A stretch of 64,000 nt of DNA from Promethearchaeota archaeon (GCA_048938105.1 JBHLMN010000010.1:1-64000); one strand, 5' to 3'. Shown: positions 1 to 9,595, counted from the stretch's first letter. Notes: generated from the letters alone by a model not told the origin. Made by a program: numbers and translations.

Positions 1-125
1 GGGTAGACGATTATTGTTCCTGTGGGTAATTGTTCTGTTTTATATGGTATCTTGCCTGCTTTGTACATTTTCCATGCAGCATGATAAGTTATTCCAATTT
101 CTTGTACCCATTTTGATAATTTCAT
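1..125 (-). mobile_element. tnpA: IS607-family transposase TnpA (serine recombinase), 5' end; runs off window edge
   Basis: Not in the ORF track. Manual translation from the ATG at 125 gives MKLSKWVQEIGITYHAAWKMYKAGKIPYKTEQLPTGTIIVY, which matches the typical IS607 TnpA N-terminal HTH (MKLSxWAxxxGISYxTAWxxxKxGKxP..QLPTGTIIV). Confidence 0.85.
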
Positions 126-341
126 CAGAATAAAAACTAATATTTTTCTATATAAGCACATGAATTATTAGACAGCTCACCAACCCTTGACCTAACGGAT
201 GTATTAATTTTCACATCATTTTTAAAACAACTTTCATATTTAGAATTTGTATAAAACTTATTTCTATCTTGTAATTATTTAATTAGTTCATGATCCTAGC
301 TCTGAGAAAACTTCATAAATCTTGTATCCCACTAATTTCCA

Positions 342-1250
342 TTGAGATGTATAAAATTGCCCTGGCCTTTCAAAAAGAAAAAGAAGAAAAAATTACCTGA
401 ACCTCCTTCTGTCTCTAAACAACACGATTCACCATTTTTAGAACCCCCAAAAGAATCTTCTACCGCTTCTGTAAAAGAGCCATCGATCTTTGAAGGGCCA
501 CCAATCCATAAAGAACCCCCAATTCACGAAGAATCTCCAAGATATGAAGGGCCACCGATTCATAAAGAACCCCCAATTCACAAAGGACCTCCAAGATATG
601 AAGGGCCACCGATTCATAAAGAACCCCCAATTCACAAAGGGCCACCAAGACAATCACGCACAGAAGATGTTTCTAGGCCTTCAGGCCTCCCACCACCTCC
701 CTCTTTAATAGGAAAAACTCCTTCACAACCATCTCTCAAATCGGAACAATCCACTAAAACTCCACTTTTTGATGATGAGATTGCTGATGAAATTCATGCT
801 GAGTTACGACAAAGGGCTTTTGGATCAAGCATGAAAAAGGTTCCTGAAAGAAAAGCGGTACCTGTATCTACCGAAGAGCTCGCAAAACGACGACTTCGAG
901 ATTCAAAGCAAGAATATATTGAAGCAGGTAATAAACATCTTGAATTAAACTTTTATGATAATGCTGCTACTAATTATGCATGTGCCATTCTCTGCGATTT
1001 GATTGGAGAAGGATGGCAATCAGCTCGTCGAACAATGTCTAATTTAACCTCAGGAATTCCCTCAGCAGTTGTGGAAAATAGTTTTTTTGATAATGTTAGG
1101 CTTTTATTAGAAGCAATCCGTTCAAAAAATTTTACTTTCTTAACCCGTGCGGAACAAGCCATCCAAAAGAGTATGAAACATCTCTACCCTGAAGACGTGG
1201 CTATGGTAGAAAAAGCATTAAAAACAGCCAGAGCTTACTTTGGATACTAA
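342..1250 (+). CDS. Pro-rich repeat protein with polybasic N-terminus and helical (TPR/SNAP-like) C-terminal domain
   Basis: 302-aa ORF, start probably the TTG at 357 (MPWPFKKKKKKK). Contains (EGPPIHKEPPIHKGPPRY)x3, a PPPPS tract and a helical C-terminus (YIEAGNKHLELNFYDNAATNYACA). Confidence 0.75.
   Translation: MRCIKLPWPFKKKKKKKLPEPPSVSKQHDSPFLEPPKESSTASVKEPSIFEGPPIHKEPPIHEESPRYEGPPIHKEPPIHKGPPRYEGPPIHKEPPIHKGPPRQSRTEDVSRPSGLPPPPSLIGKTPSQPSLKSEQSTKTPLFDDEIADEIHAELRQRAFGSSMKKVPERKAVPVSTEELAKRRLRDSKQEYIEAGNKHLELNFYDNAATNYACAILCDLIGEGWQSARRTMSNLTSGIPSAVVENSFFDNVRLLLEAIRSKNFTFLTRAEQAIQKSMKHLYPEDVAMVEKALKTARAYFGY
492..650 (+). repeat. Intragenic tandem repeat, 54-bp unit x ~3, built from 18-bp sub-units
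   Basis: Units start at 492, 546 and 600 (gaagggccacc(a/g)at(c/t)cataaagaacccccaattcac...ccaagatat). Confidence 0.95.
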
Positions 1251-1262
1251 TTTTTAACAAAT

Positions 1263-2816
1263 CTAAATTCTAACTATAAAAATTGAACCAATTGCCTCTT
1301 CTGTTTGTACTTCAATGCATCCTCCATGAGCCTCTACTATAGTTCTAACAATATAAAGACCTAATCCAGTCCCTGCTGCAGAGTATTGAGTCTCTGAGTA
1401 GGAAAATGGTTGAAATAATTGCAATAATTTTTCAAATGAAATTCCTACCCCCTGATCTTGTACAGAGATTTGTAATACATCTTCTTTTTTGATTATCGTA
1501 ACGGTCACAAGACTCGTCCGTGCAGAATTCTTAATAGCGTTACTCAATAAATTTTGGAGCAATTGAAGAATCCTGTCTTGATCAATGGAAACAATTGGGT
1601 TCTTAGTGTAACGGATGTAATTAATAGTAATCAATCTATTTGGATATAGCAAAGAAAATTGTTCTTGAAGATCAATGATGAACTCGTCTAAATCTATTTT
1701 TTCAGGGGAAATGCTGAAGATTCTGTGACTGATTTTAGAAAGGTCATGAACATTCCTTATTAAGCGATTAAGTCTCGCGATGTTACTATCTAAGATTGAA
1801 AGAATTTTATCCTTCTTTTGTATAGACAGCTCAGGATGTAAACGAAGAAAATCAATATATCCCTTTATTACAGTTAAAGGGGTTCTTAATTCGTGACTTG
1901 TTGTCGCAATAAATCGATCCTGGAGTTGTTGCCATTTTTTCTGATCAGAAATATCTGTTACTACTGATAATACTCCGTTAAAATTCCCATTTTCGTCAAG
2001 AAATGGACTCGCACTCACAAGTACTGGAATCTCTTTTCCATCTTTGTTACACATAACAGTTTCGTATCTACTACTTATTCCCTGCCACCTTTTTTTGGTC
2101 TCTTCCGATATTTTTTCCATTTCTTCCTCCTTTACATATGGTTTAATCCGTTTGCCAACAAGTTCACTTGGTTCTTGTCCGACAAGCTTAGCTAAACTTG
2201 GGTTGACAAATGTAACGATTCCATTAATATCCTGTAAGAATACTCCTGTGTCCATATTCTCAACTAACATTTGATATTTCTGTTTTGTTTTTTCTTCACT
2301 TTTTGTGAGCTCTTCTATTACCTTTTTTCTTGTAGTTATATCTTGGACTTGAACTAAATAACCATTTATAGAAAGATCATTATCAGATTTAAAAGGAGTG
2401 ATTAATACATCAAGGAAAATTATCCCAGATTTAGTAGTTTCATATAATTGTAAATCTTTCACCTTATCGAAATCAAAAACGGCTTCATAACGAATTGTTT
2501 CCCCATTGGTTAATTTATTTTTCATTTCCTCTGGAAGATTTGGATCTTCCAGTAGTTTAAAACCTCTGACATCTTGAATATCTGAGACACCAAATATATC
2601 TAAACAAGCGTTGTTTGTATTCACTAGTGCCCCTGTTGAATCATAAATCTCAATCCCAATGGGAGACTCTTCAAAAATTGTTCCAAATAAGTCAGTATTT
2701 TTCCTTAATTCGACTCTCTCAAGTTTAATTTGCTCAATTTTTGATAATTCTTTTCTGATGATTTCTTTTATCTCTTTAGAAATTTCTTCTCTATCTATTA
2801 ATGCTTTTAATCCCAT
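1263..2816 (-). CDS. Soluble PAS-PAS sensor histidine kinase
   Basis: Two PAS/PAC segments, H-box SHELRTPL, N-box QNLLSNAIK, G1 DQGVGI and G2 GTGLGL. Confidence 0.92.
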   Translation of the reverse strand: MGLKALIDREEISKEIKEIIRKELSKIEQIKLERVELRKNTDLFGTIFEESPIGIEIYDSTGALVNTNNACLDIFGVSDIQDVRGFKLLEDPNLPEEMKNKLTNGETIRYEAVFDFDKVKDLQLYETTKSGIIFLDVLITPFKSDNDLSINGYLVQVQDITTRKKVIEELTKSEEKTKQKYQMLVENMDTGVFLQDINGIVTFVNPSLAKLVGQEPSELVGKRIKPYVKEEEMEKISEETKKRWQGISSRYETVMCNKDGKEIPVLVSASPFLDENGNFNGVLSVVTDISDQKKWQQLQDRFIATTSHELRTPLTVIKGYIDFLRLHPELSIQKKDKILSILDSNIARLNRLIRNVHDLSKISHRIFSISPEKIDLDEFIIDLQEQFSLLYPNRLITINYIRYTKNPIVSIDQDRILQLLQNLLSNAIKNSARTSLVTVTIIKKEDVLQISVQDQGVGISFEKLLQLFQPFSYSETQYSAAGTGLGLYIVRTIVEAHGGCIEVQTEEAIGSIFIVRI

Positions 2817-2935
2817 GTTGTATACTTATTCTTTTATCAATAATAAGCATATGGATTAAGTTTGGAGTTCATAACTCAAGCGAAGTCCGTAAACTCAATA
2901 TAGAAAGGTTTGTCTTAAAAAAGTGAGAGAGAAAA

Positions 2936-3985
2936 TCATAAACTTGCCATGGTTAAGGCCATGATAGCTTTTTGCACGTGTAACCGATTTTCTGCAACGT
3001 CGTAAATACATGATCTAGATCCTGAGGCGACTTCGTCAGTAACCTCATGCCCTCGATCTATCGGCATCGGATGGGTGAATATCCCTTTATCTGTTAATGC
3101 CATCTTTTCCGCATCACAGATCCAATCTGGATATTTCAGTGCTTTGTCTATCTCCTGTTGTTTTAGAAATTCACCGTCTTTGTAAGCCTCAGAACTCATC
3201 CAATGACGGGAATACACCACATGAGCTCCCTCATATCCTTTTGTAGTATGATTAGTTGTTTCAAAATGGCTATCGTTCTTATTGCAATTTTCTTCGGTCC
3301 ATTTCAGAACTTGAGGATCTAAATCAAATCCCTCAGGAGAAGCAACCGTGACATCCATTCCATAGCGGGATCCGATTAACATTGCCTCTTGTACAGAACA
3401 CCAAGAACGAGCTAACGCGCCGTGGCCCCAGGTTATCAGTAATTTCTTCCCCTTTAGTGCTTTCCAATCGGGAGGAAAATTGGTACCTTTGTTAAACCAT
3501 TCTGACCAGCCCATGACATCAGCTAAGCCCTGACATGGATGGTATTTATCATGAGCCATTGAAATAATAGGAATTGTAGCCCATTTCGCGTATTCGCGAA
3601 GAAGAGCCTCACCTTCACCATATTCACTGACTTTATCCTCAAGCATTCTAATCCCGAGACCATGGGCATATCTTGACATCACCTGTGCTGCGTCTTCCAC
3701 GGTCTCCCCAGCAGTAGTTGCTGTCTTTAAACGCATAGCTTTAGGTTCGAGAAACTGGGCATGACCACCCAACTCAGTTGCTGCAACTTCAAAGCTTTGT
3801 CTTGTCCGAACACTGGGATTATAAAAAAACATAAAGAATGTCTTATGTGCTAAAATACTAGTATACTTAGGAGAGTAACGATCACGTTTCATTCTCCCAG
3901 CGAGGTCTAATACCAAATCAAGTTCATTTTTCTCCCAATCTTGAGTACATATTAAATCGCGTCCATATAAGTCTGAAACTTCCAT
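2936..3985 (-). CDS. Transcarbamylase (ornithine/aspartate carbamoyltransferase family), atypical
   Basis: SVRTRQSF (STRT-like), HPCQ and HPMPIDRG (HCLP-like). Start placed at ATG 3985 after an AGGAGG RBS. Confidence 0.9.
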   Translation of the reverse strand: MEVSDLYGRDLICTQDWEKNELDLVLDLAGRMKRDRYSPKYTSILAHKTFFMFFYNPSVRTRQSFEVAATELGGHAQFLEPKAMRLKTATTAGETVEDAAQVMSRYAHGLGIRMLEDKVSEYGEGEALLREYAKWATIPIISMAHDKYHPCQGLADVMGWSEWFNKGTNFPPDWKALKGKKLLITWGHGALARSWCSVQEAMLIGSRYGMDVTVASPEGFDLDPQVLKWTEENCNKNDSHFETTNHTTKGYEGAHVVYSRHWMSSEAYKDGEFLKQQEIDKALKYPDWICDAEKMALTDKGIFTHPMPIDRGHEVTDEVASGSRSCIYDVAENRLHVQKAIMALTMASL

Positions 3986-4004
3986 CTTTATTAACCTCCT
4001 ATTG

Positions 4005-4991
4005 TCATGGAACAATAATAGTTCCTGCTTCTCCATCTAGAGCTGCTGCTGCAAGTTCAGGGGTGGTTATAACAACTTTTCTCCCTCCATCCTTTAAGAA
4101 TCGAATTGCAGCTTTTAATTTTGGCCCCATCGATCCTTTTAACTTATTTCCAAACGCTCCCTCTTTTAAATACTTTTCAACTTCTCCCACAGTCATTTTA
4201 TCAATTCCTTTTTGCTGTGGTGTCTTATAATTCAAATAAACTTTATCTGTATCAGTTAATATAGCAAATGCTTCAGCTTTTGTGTCAATCGCTAACCTCT
4301 CTCCAGCTAAATCTTTATCAATGACAGCTTCAACACCTGTAACTGTTCCATCCAGATTTTTGATGACAGGAATACCTCCTCCACCACTTGCTACCAAAAT
4401 AAAGCCAGCTTCTAATAAATCATTAACCTGATCTTTTTCATAAATCTCTATTGGATCTGGGGAAGGAACAACTCTACGATACCCTCTTCCGGCATCTTCA
4501 ATGATGGTGAAATCAGGATGTTCTTCCTTAACTTGTTCCACTTGATCTTCATTATAGAATGGCCCTACTGGTTTGGTGGGATTTTGGAAAGCTGTGTCAT
4601 CTTTAGAAACAACAACTTGAGTAATAATTGTTGCAACTTTAATTTTTTTATGAGGATCTAATCTACTGGGTGGACCTTCAGTGACTAAGAGATTCCCAAG
4701 AATATTCTGAATTAAATAACCTATTTGCCCTTGCGTCATCGCTCCACAGACGTCCATTGGCAACACAGGACGATTATAAGGGGTATGAGAACCGGCTTCC
4801 ATTTGTAGCATAAGATTCCCTACTTGAGGGCCATTACCATGCGTTATCACGATCCGCCATTTTGGAATGACCTTCATGATTTGTCTTGCAGTTTCTGTGA
4901 CATTTTCGATCTGTTCCTCGATTGTTCCCCTCTGTTTTCCCCTGATCATGGCATTCCCACCAAGTGCAATGACAACTAATGGTTTGAGCAT
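4005..4991 (-). CDS. arcC: Carbamate kinase
   Basis: ALGGNA, THGNGPQVG, NPTKPVGPFY, EDAGRGYRRVVPSP, GVEAVIDKD and GSMGPK. Confidence 0.95.
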   Translation of the reverse strand: MLKPLVVIALGGNAMIRGKQRGTIEEQIENVTETARQIMKVIPKWRIVITHGNGPQVGNLMLQMEAGSHTPYNRPVLPMDVCGAMTQGQIGYLIQNILGNLLVTEGPPSRLDPHKKIKVATIITQVVVSKDDTAFQNPTKPVGPFYNEDQVEQVKEEHPDFTIIEDAGRGYRRVVPSPDPIEIYEKDQVNDLLEAGFILVASGGGGIPVIKNLDGTVTGVEAVIDKDLAGERLAIDTKAEAFAILTDTDKVYLNYKTPQQKGIDKMTVGEVEKYLKEGAFGNKLKGSMGPKLKAAIRFLKDGGRKVVITTPELAAAALDGEAGTIIVP

Positions 4992-5134
4992 TTTGATTCC
5001 TCAATCTGACGTAGAAATAATAAATAATAATGAAATTGAAAAATATATTTTTTACTTTAAATAAGACTAAAGAGAGTCTTAATAATAAAATCTTAGTTTC
5101 AATTGAAGCATTATCTCAAAATATAGGATAGTAT

Positions 5135-5425
5135 TTGGATTCATGTGTCTGGATAGTATTTGAATTCATGTGTCTGTTTGTGGAATTTACCTTCCGTACA
5201 GGTGGGAATATGCTTCTTGCCCTTATAGGAGCATTAATCTGGGCAGAACTGTACTATTTTATCATATTGTTCCTGATACATCTATCTAGAAAGTGGAAAA
5301 AGAACAATCGATCGAAATATCCCGAACTGGGAGACATTCCTGATAGTGCTACCCCCGATCAGAAATCTCCTAGCCAATCCACATCAATATCACCTTCAGT
5401 ACACAATGATATGAGTTTGGATTAG
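5135..5425 (+). CDS. Small hypothetical membrane protein or fragment
   Basis: Hydrophobic segment (LLALIGALIWAELYYFIILFLI) followed by a basic stretch and a Ser/Pro tail. Confidence 0.4.
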   Translation: MDSCVWIVFEFMCLFVEFTFRTGGNMLLALIGALIWAELYYFIILFLIHLSRKWKKNNRSKYPELGDIPDSATPDQKSPSQSTSISPSVHNDMSLD

Positions 5426-5599
5426 CCATTGGGGAGAAGAGAAGAATAAAAATAGCATTTCTGACCTTATTCTTTGAACAAGAAGGGAAGATCATCATAA
5501 GGACATCAGTAGAATTGCTGTAGAAGAGAAAAAAGGAGATGAAAAGAATGAATGTCAGAAGGGGAAAAGACTGCACAAGAAAAGTTATACACAAGAATA

Positions 5600-5940
5600 A
5601 TGAAGGACATTGAAGAGTTAAAGACGATCCAGCTGACAACTCTAGAAGCGATCACAACACTGACAGGTTGCAAAGGGAATAACAGGTCATTGTGGATGAG
5701 GTAACACGCGAGGTGTTTGAAGCGCTAGATGCATTCGGGAAGAAAAAGTATACCAACGAAACGATGCGAAGTGCAGCGGTGAGGGAAGAGTTATCGGGTA
5801 TGGAGGACTATCAACAACGGGAGACAGAGATCGCCAAACTAGAGACGGACGTTCAGAAACATAAGATTGAGCAGGAATATTTATGGAATAAGATTACAGT
5901 CAACCGAGAATATCTGATATCATTCCGAAAAATTGAATAG
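5600..5940 (+). pseudogene. Probable frameshifted coiled-coil gene remnant
   Basis: An upstream frame MKDIEELKTIQLTTLEAITTLTG... stops near 5704, while coding-like sequence continues in another frame (5692..5940). Confidence 0.3.
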
Positions 5941-6340
5941 AATCCTATCATCTATTGATGAGGTTAAGGTTTAAAGTGAGTCCCCACTTGCCAAAGTTTA
6001 TGTTGAAGCCATTGGTAAATATATAACCTCAGAAGTAGGATAAGAGTCCTTTCCCAACATTGACGAAATCTTAGAAGACTAAGGGACACTTCAAAGTCTG
6101 AAGAACACTTAGATATGGAGAGCTTTCCACTCAATTTCCATCCGTTAAATGAGATCTTTACTGTGACTTATGATAATAGTTCTAAGGAAAAGATAATAGT
6201 CCGAAATAATTTCTCAGCTTCAATTAGTGCTCTAATTTAAATGTAAGATCTACAGAGGAACAAGTGAGGTTCTACCTTCATTATGGAATGATTTAAAGAT
6301 TAAAGCTAGCAAATGGCTCGTTCGTTGAAGAATGAGGATT

Positions 6341-8410
6341 TTATATCGGATCTGTTCCCGATTCCCGAAGAGCTAATACTTTACATTGCTCATCAATCGA
6401 TTTTATTATCCACCGCCCTTTAAGAACCTGATCAACTTGATAAATCTGATGTTCAACCTCTTTAAAAGGTAATTGGAGAGAATTTGCGAGAGATTCCAGT
6501 GGAATTGCCCCAGTATCTGTTAACCACCATTCCATGGTTTCTTTCGATAAAAATAATTTCGCTTCAAAGTTGTACAACCCACTGAATCCTTCGACAGACT
6601 CTGATTTCAGTGATTCTTTGAGCAAGATATCAGCAATTTCTGCAGACAAATGGAATAATTTCGCTTTTTGGGCTATGTTAATAATTCCAAGATGGTTTTG
6701 GTGAATGTAGTCGTCCCATGCTTTCCTTTGACGTTTGTGTGTCTGAGTTCGAACTATTTGGAGGATAGTCACGACACTCATTCCAAATCCCATTACGAAG
6801 ACTCCAATGCCAATAATTGCAAGATTAGGAAGAATAAAATGGTGAAAGATTTGTTCCAGCTGTGATGGTTCAGTGAGAGGATCAGTAAAGTTAATTCCAA
6901 TTTCTTCATAATCCGTTAGCCCATCAGCATCAGTATCATTGCTAAGGGGATCAGTTCCCCAGAACTCTTCATCCTTATCAATGAGGCCATCGTGATCACG
7001 ATCCCAGAAGTCATTGAGGATGTAGAATTGCGATGATTCAGTCCAAAGAGCTCTTCCTACCACAGGAGTAGTATAAGCATAGATTTTTCCCCCGTAAGTG
7101 GTAACAAAGAGTTCACAAAAATTGTCGCCTGTAATGTCCCCTAAAAGTACCGTTCCATAGATTTCGGCAGGAGGGTACACCTTATAATCCACAATTTCCG
7201 TACCATTAAGAGTAAAAAATCGAAATCCGTCCCATCTCCCATACACCAGTAGCTCATATGTCATATCTTGGTTGAAGTCAGCTATAAGAGGACTTTGCCA
7301 GCCATAAAACGGTGTCCCGTTAGAGTAAAGAACAAACTCGGGGAATCCAACCGCGCTAAAAATGATTACTAGACCAGTATCACACTGCCATGAGGTTAGT
7401 AATTCCCTTATGCCGTCTTTATTAAGATCTGCAGCAATAGGAAAACGTCTTATACGGATAGATTCTTGGAAAGAAAGATTACAAAAAGACTTGTTGGGAA
7501 TTTGATGCCATGAGTCCAGTTCTCGTCCAGAGGAGTCCCATGCAAGCATTTGACCACTATCATTTATCAAAAAAAATGTTACCTCACCCTCATATTCGAA
7601 TTCACACGCAAATAAGGCAATAAGTCCTTTGTCTTCAACACATATGGAGGGGTGAGACCATTGGTGGAGGATGTGCCCTGTACGATTCACATGATAGATT
7701 GTGTTTGAGGAGGACACAAAGAGTAACTGCTCTTCTCCTGTGATTGGATCTCTGAAAGAATTTCCCCTGATTAAACTGGCGTACTGGTCAATGATAATCT
7801 GTCTTATTGGAGTCTTGGTGGCCTGAAAAGTATGGAGGATAACTTGAGAGGTAGTACTATTCCTATTCCAGAAACACATCACTGGAGGGTGATTCTCTTG
7901 TGTTAACAAAATTGGTTGGGATGCTCGGGCCATATTGGGGTATAACCATTCTCCAAGGATCGTTCCAGTTAAATCAGATATTAGAAAGTAAGAAGTGCCA
8001 TTCTCGAGGATTTGATAAAAGCCAAGTTCCATACCAGGATTTAGAGGAAAAAAATCTGCAATAAAAGCGTCAGGATAAAAATACTTCTTAGAGCTGACAG
8101 CATAGTTACGGGGCCACCCCGCAGCCTGATTTCCTGAGGATTCGCAAATATAAACAGTACCATGTCCCGTAACTGCAATTAATTCTAAAGTATTATCTTG
8201 ATCGATATCTGTTAACCGAGGTTGAGGGCTGTTCGCGACCTTTCCATCAGTTATGATTGGCCACCCTGGCAGGAGCTTCCAAATGGCAGGGGGACTTTTT
8301 TGCGCCATAAAGGACTTATGGTATGCTGCAAGAGCTATTCCAGAGAGGATGAGGAATATAGCAAGGACTAGACCGATAGCTGAATTTCTAAGTTTCAAAT
8401 CTTTTTTCAA
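6341..8410 (-). CDS. Membrane protein with FG-GAP/VCBS-like beta-propeller, DxDxDG Ca-binding repeats, TM helix and cytoplasmic helical domain
   Basis: N-terminal signal/TM; LPGWP and AAGWP; DIDQDNTLEL, ADLNKDGIREL, ADFNQDMTYEL, GDITGDNFCEL; DRDHDGLIDKDE..GTDP..DTDADGLTDYEE; then a TM helix and about 140 aa cytoplasmic tail. Confidence 0.8.
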   Translation of the reverse strand: MKKDLKLRNSAIGLVLAIFLILSGIALAAYHKSFMAQKSPPAIWKLLPGWPIITDGKVANSPQPRLTDIDQDNTLELIAVTGHGTVYICESSGNQAAGWPRNYAVSSKKYFYPDAFIADFFPLNPGMELGFYQILENGTSYFLISDLTGTILGEWLYPNMARASQPILLTQENHPPVMCFWNRNSTTSQVILHTFQATKTPIRQIIIDQYASLIRGNSFRDPITGEEQLLFVSSSNTIYHVNRTGHILHQWSHPSICVEDKGLIALFACEFEYEGEVTFFLINDSGQMLAWDSSGRELDSWHQIPNKSFCNLSFQESIRIRRFPIAADLNKDGIRELLTSWQCDTGLVIIFSAVGFPEFVLYSNGTPFYGWQSPLIADFNQDMTYELLVYGRWDGFRFFTLNGTEIVDYKVYPPAEIYGTVLLGDITGDNFCELFVTTYGGKIYAYTTPVVGRALWTESSQFYILNDFWDRDHDGLIDKDEEFWGTDPLSNDTDADGLTDYEEIGINFTDPLTEPSQLEQIFHHFILPNLAIIGIGVFVMGFGMSVVTILQIVRTQTHKRQRKAWDDYIHQNHLGIINIAQKAKLFHLSAEIADILLKESLKSESVEGFSGLYNFEAKLFLSKETMEWWLTDTGAIPLESLANSLQLPFKEVEHQIYQVDQVLKGRWIIKSIDEQCKVLALRESGTDPI

Positions 8411-8548
8411 TTTGAATTCTCGCTTCTTTCTTCCCTATTTTTTAAAGAAAGGTTGTGTTATAAAGGCTTTGTGCCTCGCATCAAGGAAGTTATGACTAAA
8501 CATTCGTCTTGTACTACTGGTACTAGTCTGGATCAAAAGTATTAGATT

Positions 8549-8761
8549 CTAACTATATACTATACTTGACATGTCTTCCGTTTTCTTTCTAGTATAATTT
8601 GAGGCGCTCTGATCCTCTAAAATAACCCATAAGCTTTCAATTTTAGGTTCATAATGTTCAGGAGCTACAGGATACATTTGATGAATTTTAGTAATGTCAT
8701 CAAACAAATCATAATGATCATCTACATTAATAGGAACCCACTGATTATTAACCCATACTTC
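8549..8761 (-). pseudogene. Fragment paralogous to 8832..9119 (transglutaminase-like C-terminal half)
   Basis: Manual translation EVWVNNQWVPINVDDHYDLFDDITKIHQMYP...IESLWVILEDQSASNY aligns with the adjacent ORF (KVLINNQWVPIDVSDWY...IHEQFP...IEDLFVIIRFQSSTNY). It is preceded by an in-frame TAG. Confidence 0.7.
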
Positions 8762-8831
8762 CTAATTCTTTAGATGGTTTTTTGAAAAAAAAGTGAAGCA
8801 GCTTTTCAGATTTGTTGCTTTCATAAAGTTA

Positions 8832-9119
8832 TTAAGTGAGATAAGGCCAAACGTTTGTTTTATACCAATTATATTGGTCAGGATCAAAGGTCTTCATATC
8901 GTACTTTAAATAATTTGTTGAACTCTGGAATCTGATAATTACAAATAGATCTTCAATTTCATCTTCCTCAGTGAGTAACTCCTCTGGAAACTGCTCGTGA
9001 ATTTGGGCTATTGCAGTACTGTCCGTCCCAAACCAACCATACCAATCACTTACATCGATTGGAACCCATTGATTGTTAATCAACACCTTCGCGGTATAAT
9101 GATTCCCTTCTGATATCAT
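8832..9119 (-). CDS. Hypothetical protein, probably an N-terminally truncated transglutaminase-like fragment
   Basis: NHYTAKVLINNQWVPID resembles the H..EV....W...D motif of transglutaminase-like domains. No catalytic Cys region is present. Confidence 0.45.
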   Translation of the reverse strand: MISEGNHYTAKVLINNQWVPIDVSDWYGWFGTDSTAIAQIHEQFPEELLTEEDEIEDLFVIIRFQSSTNYLKYDMKTFDPDQYNWYKTNVWPYLT

Positions 9120-9127
9120 TGTTTATC

Positions 9128-9595
9128 TCACTTATTCTCCGAAATTACATTTGTTATTTCTACAGTAACAATACTCGGTATGGCTAACAGCTCTGATTTT
9201 AATTGATCTTCGGAGATAAGTAAATCATTTGAATCGATATACCACTCTAAAGGCATTATATCATTACATGGAGGATCATGCGCACAGATCCCCGTACCAT
9301 AAAGGATTTTGATGTTATTTCTCCTGAAAACAATCCCAAGCTCTTGTAAGAAGTCTCTCTTCCTAGTGTAATACTCAATTACAAGTTTTTTAACCATTGA
9401 ACTCTTCGTGGGTATTATCCGAATGATTTTTGTGGAGGGTGCAAGGATCATCACAGCAGAGCTTTCTTCCGCATTCTGAGGTCGGAGTGTTTCAAGAAAA
9501 TCACCAGAGAGGAGAAAAGGTTCTGGTTTCGGTTCCAATTTGATCATTTGTGCAATGGTCACAGCTGGGTTTTTTACCAGGGTTTTTTCTACCAC
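9128..9595 (-). CDS. Hypothetical protein with probable C-terminal ACT-like domain
   Basis: Beta-alpha-beta-beta-alpha-beta pattern ending LKSELLAIPSIVTVEI. Confidence 0.55.
   Translation of the reverse strand: MVEKTLVKNPAVTIAQMIKLEPKPEPFLLSGDFLETLRPQNAEESSAVMILAPSTKIIRIIPTKSSMVKKLVIEYYTRKRDFLQELGIVFRRNNIKILYGTGICAHDPPCNDIMPLEWYIDSNDLLISEDQLKSELLAIPSIVTVEITNVISENK

Noticed and set aside
438-708. Overlapping repetitive ORFs (438..653, 460..657, 490..708) and a possible CRISPR-like periodicity
   Set aside because: They are shadows of the in-frame 54-bp coding repeat. There are no unique spacers and no cas genes.
3986-4036. Longer N-terminus of the transcarbamylase given in the ORF track
   Set aside because: It overlaps arcC, and a strong AGGAGG RBS supports ATG 3985.
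8762-8764. In-frame TAG as a pyrrolysine codon
   Set aside because: No pyl genes are in view, the upstream frame runs through a T-rich terminator-like tract, and decay is the simpler explanation.
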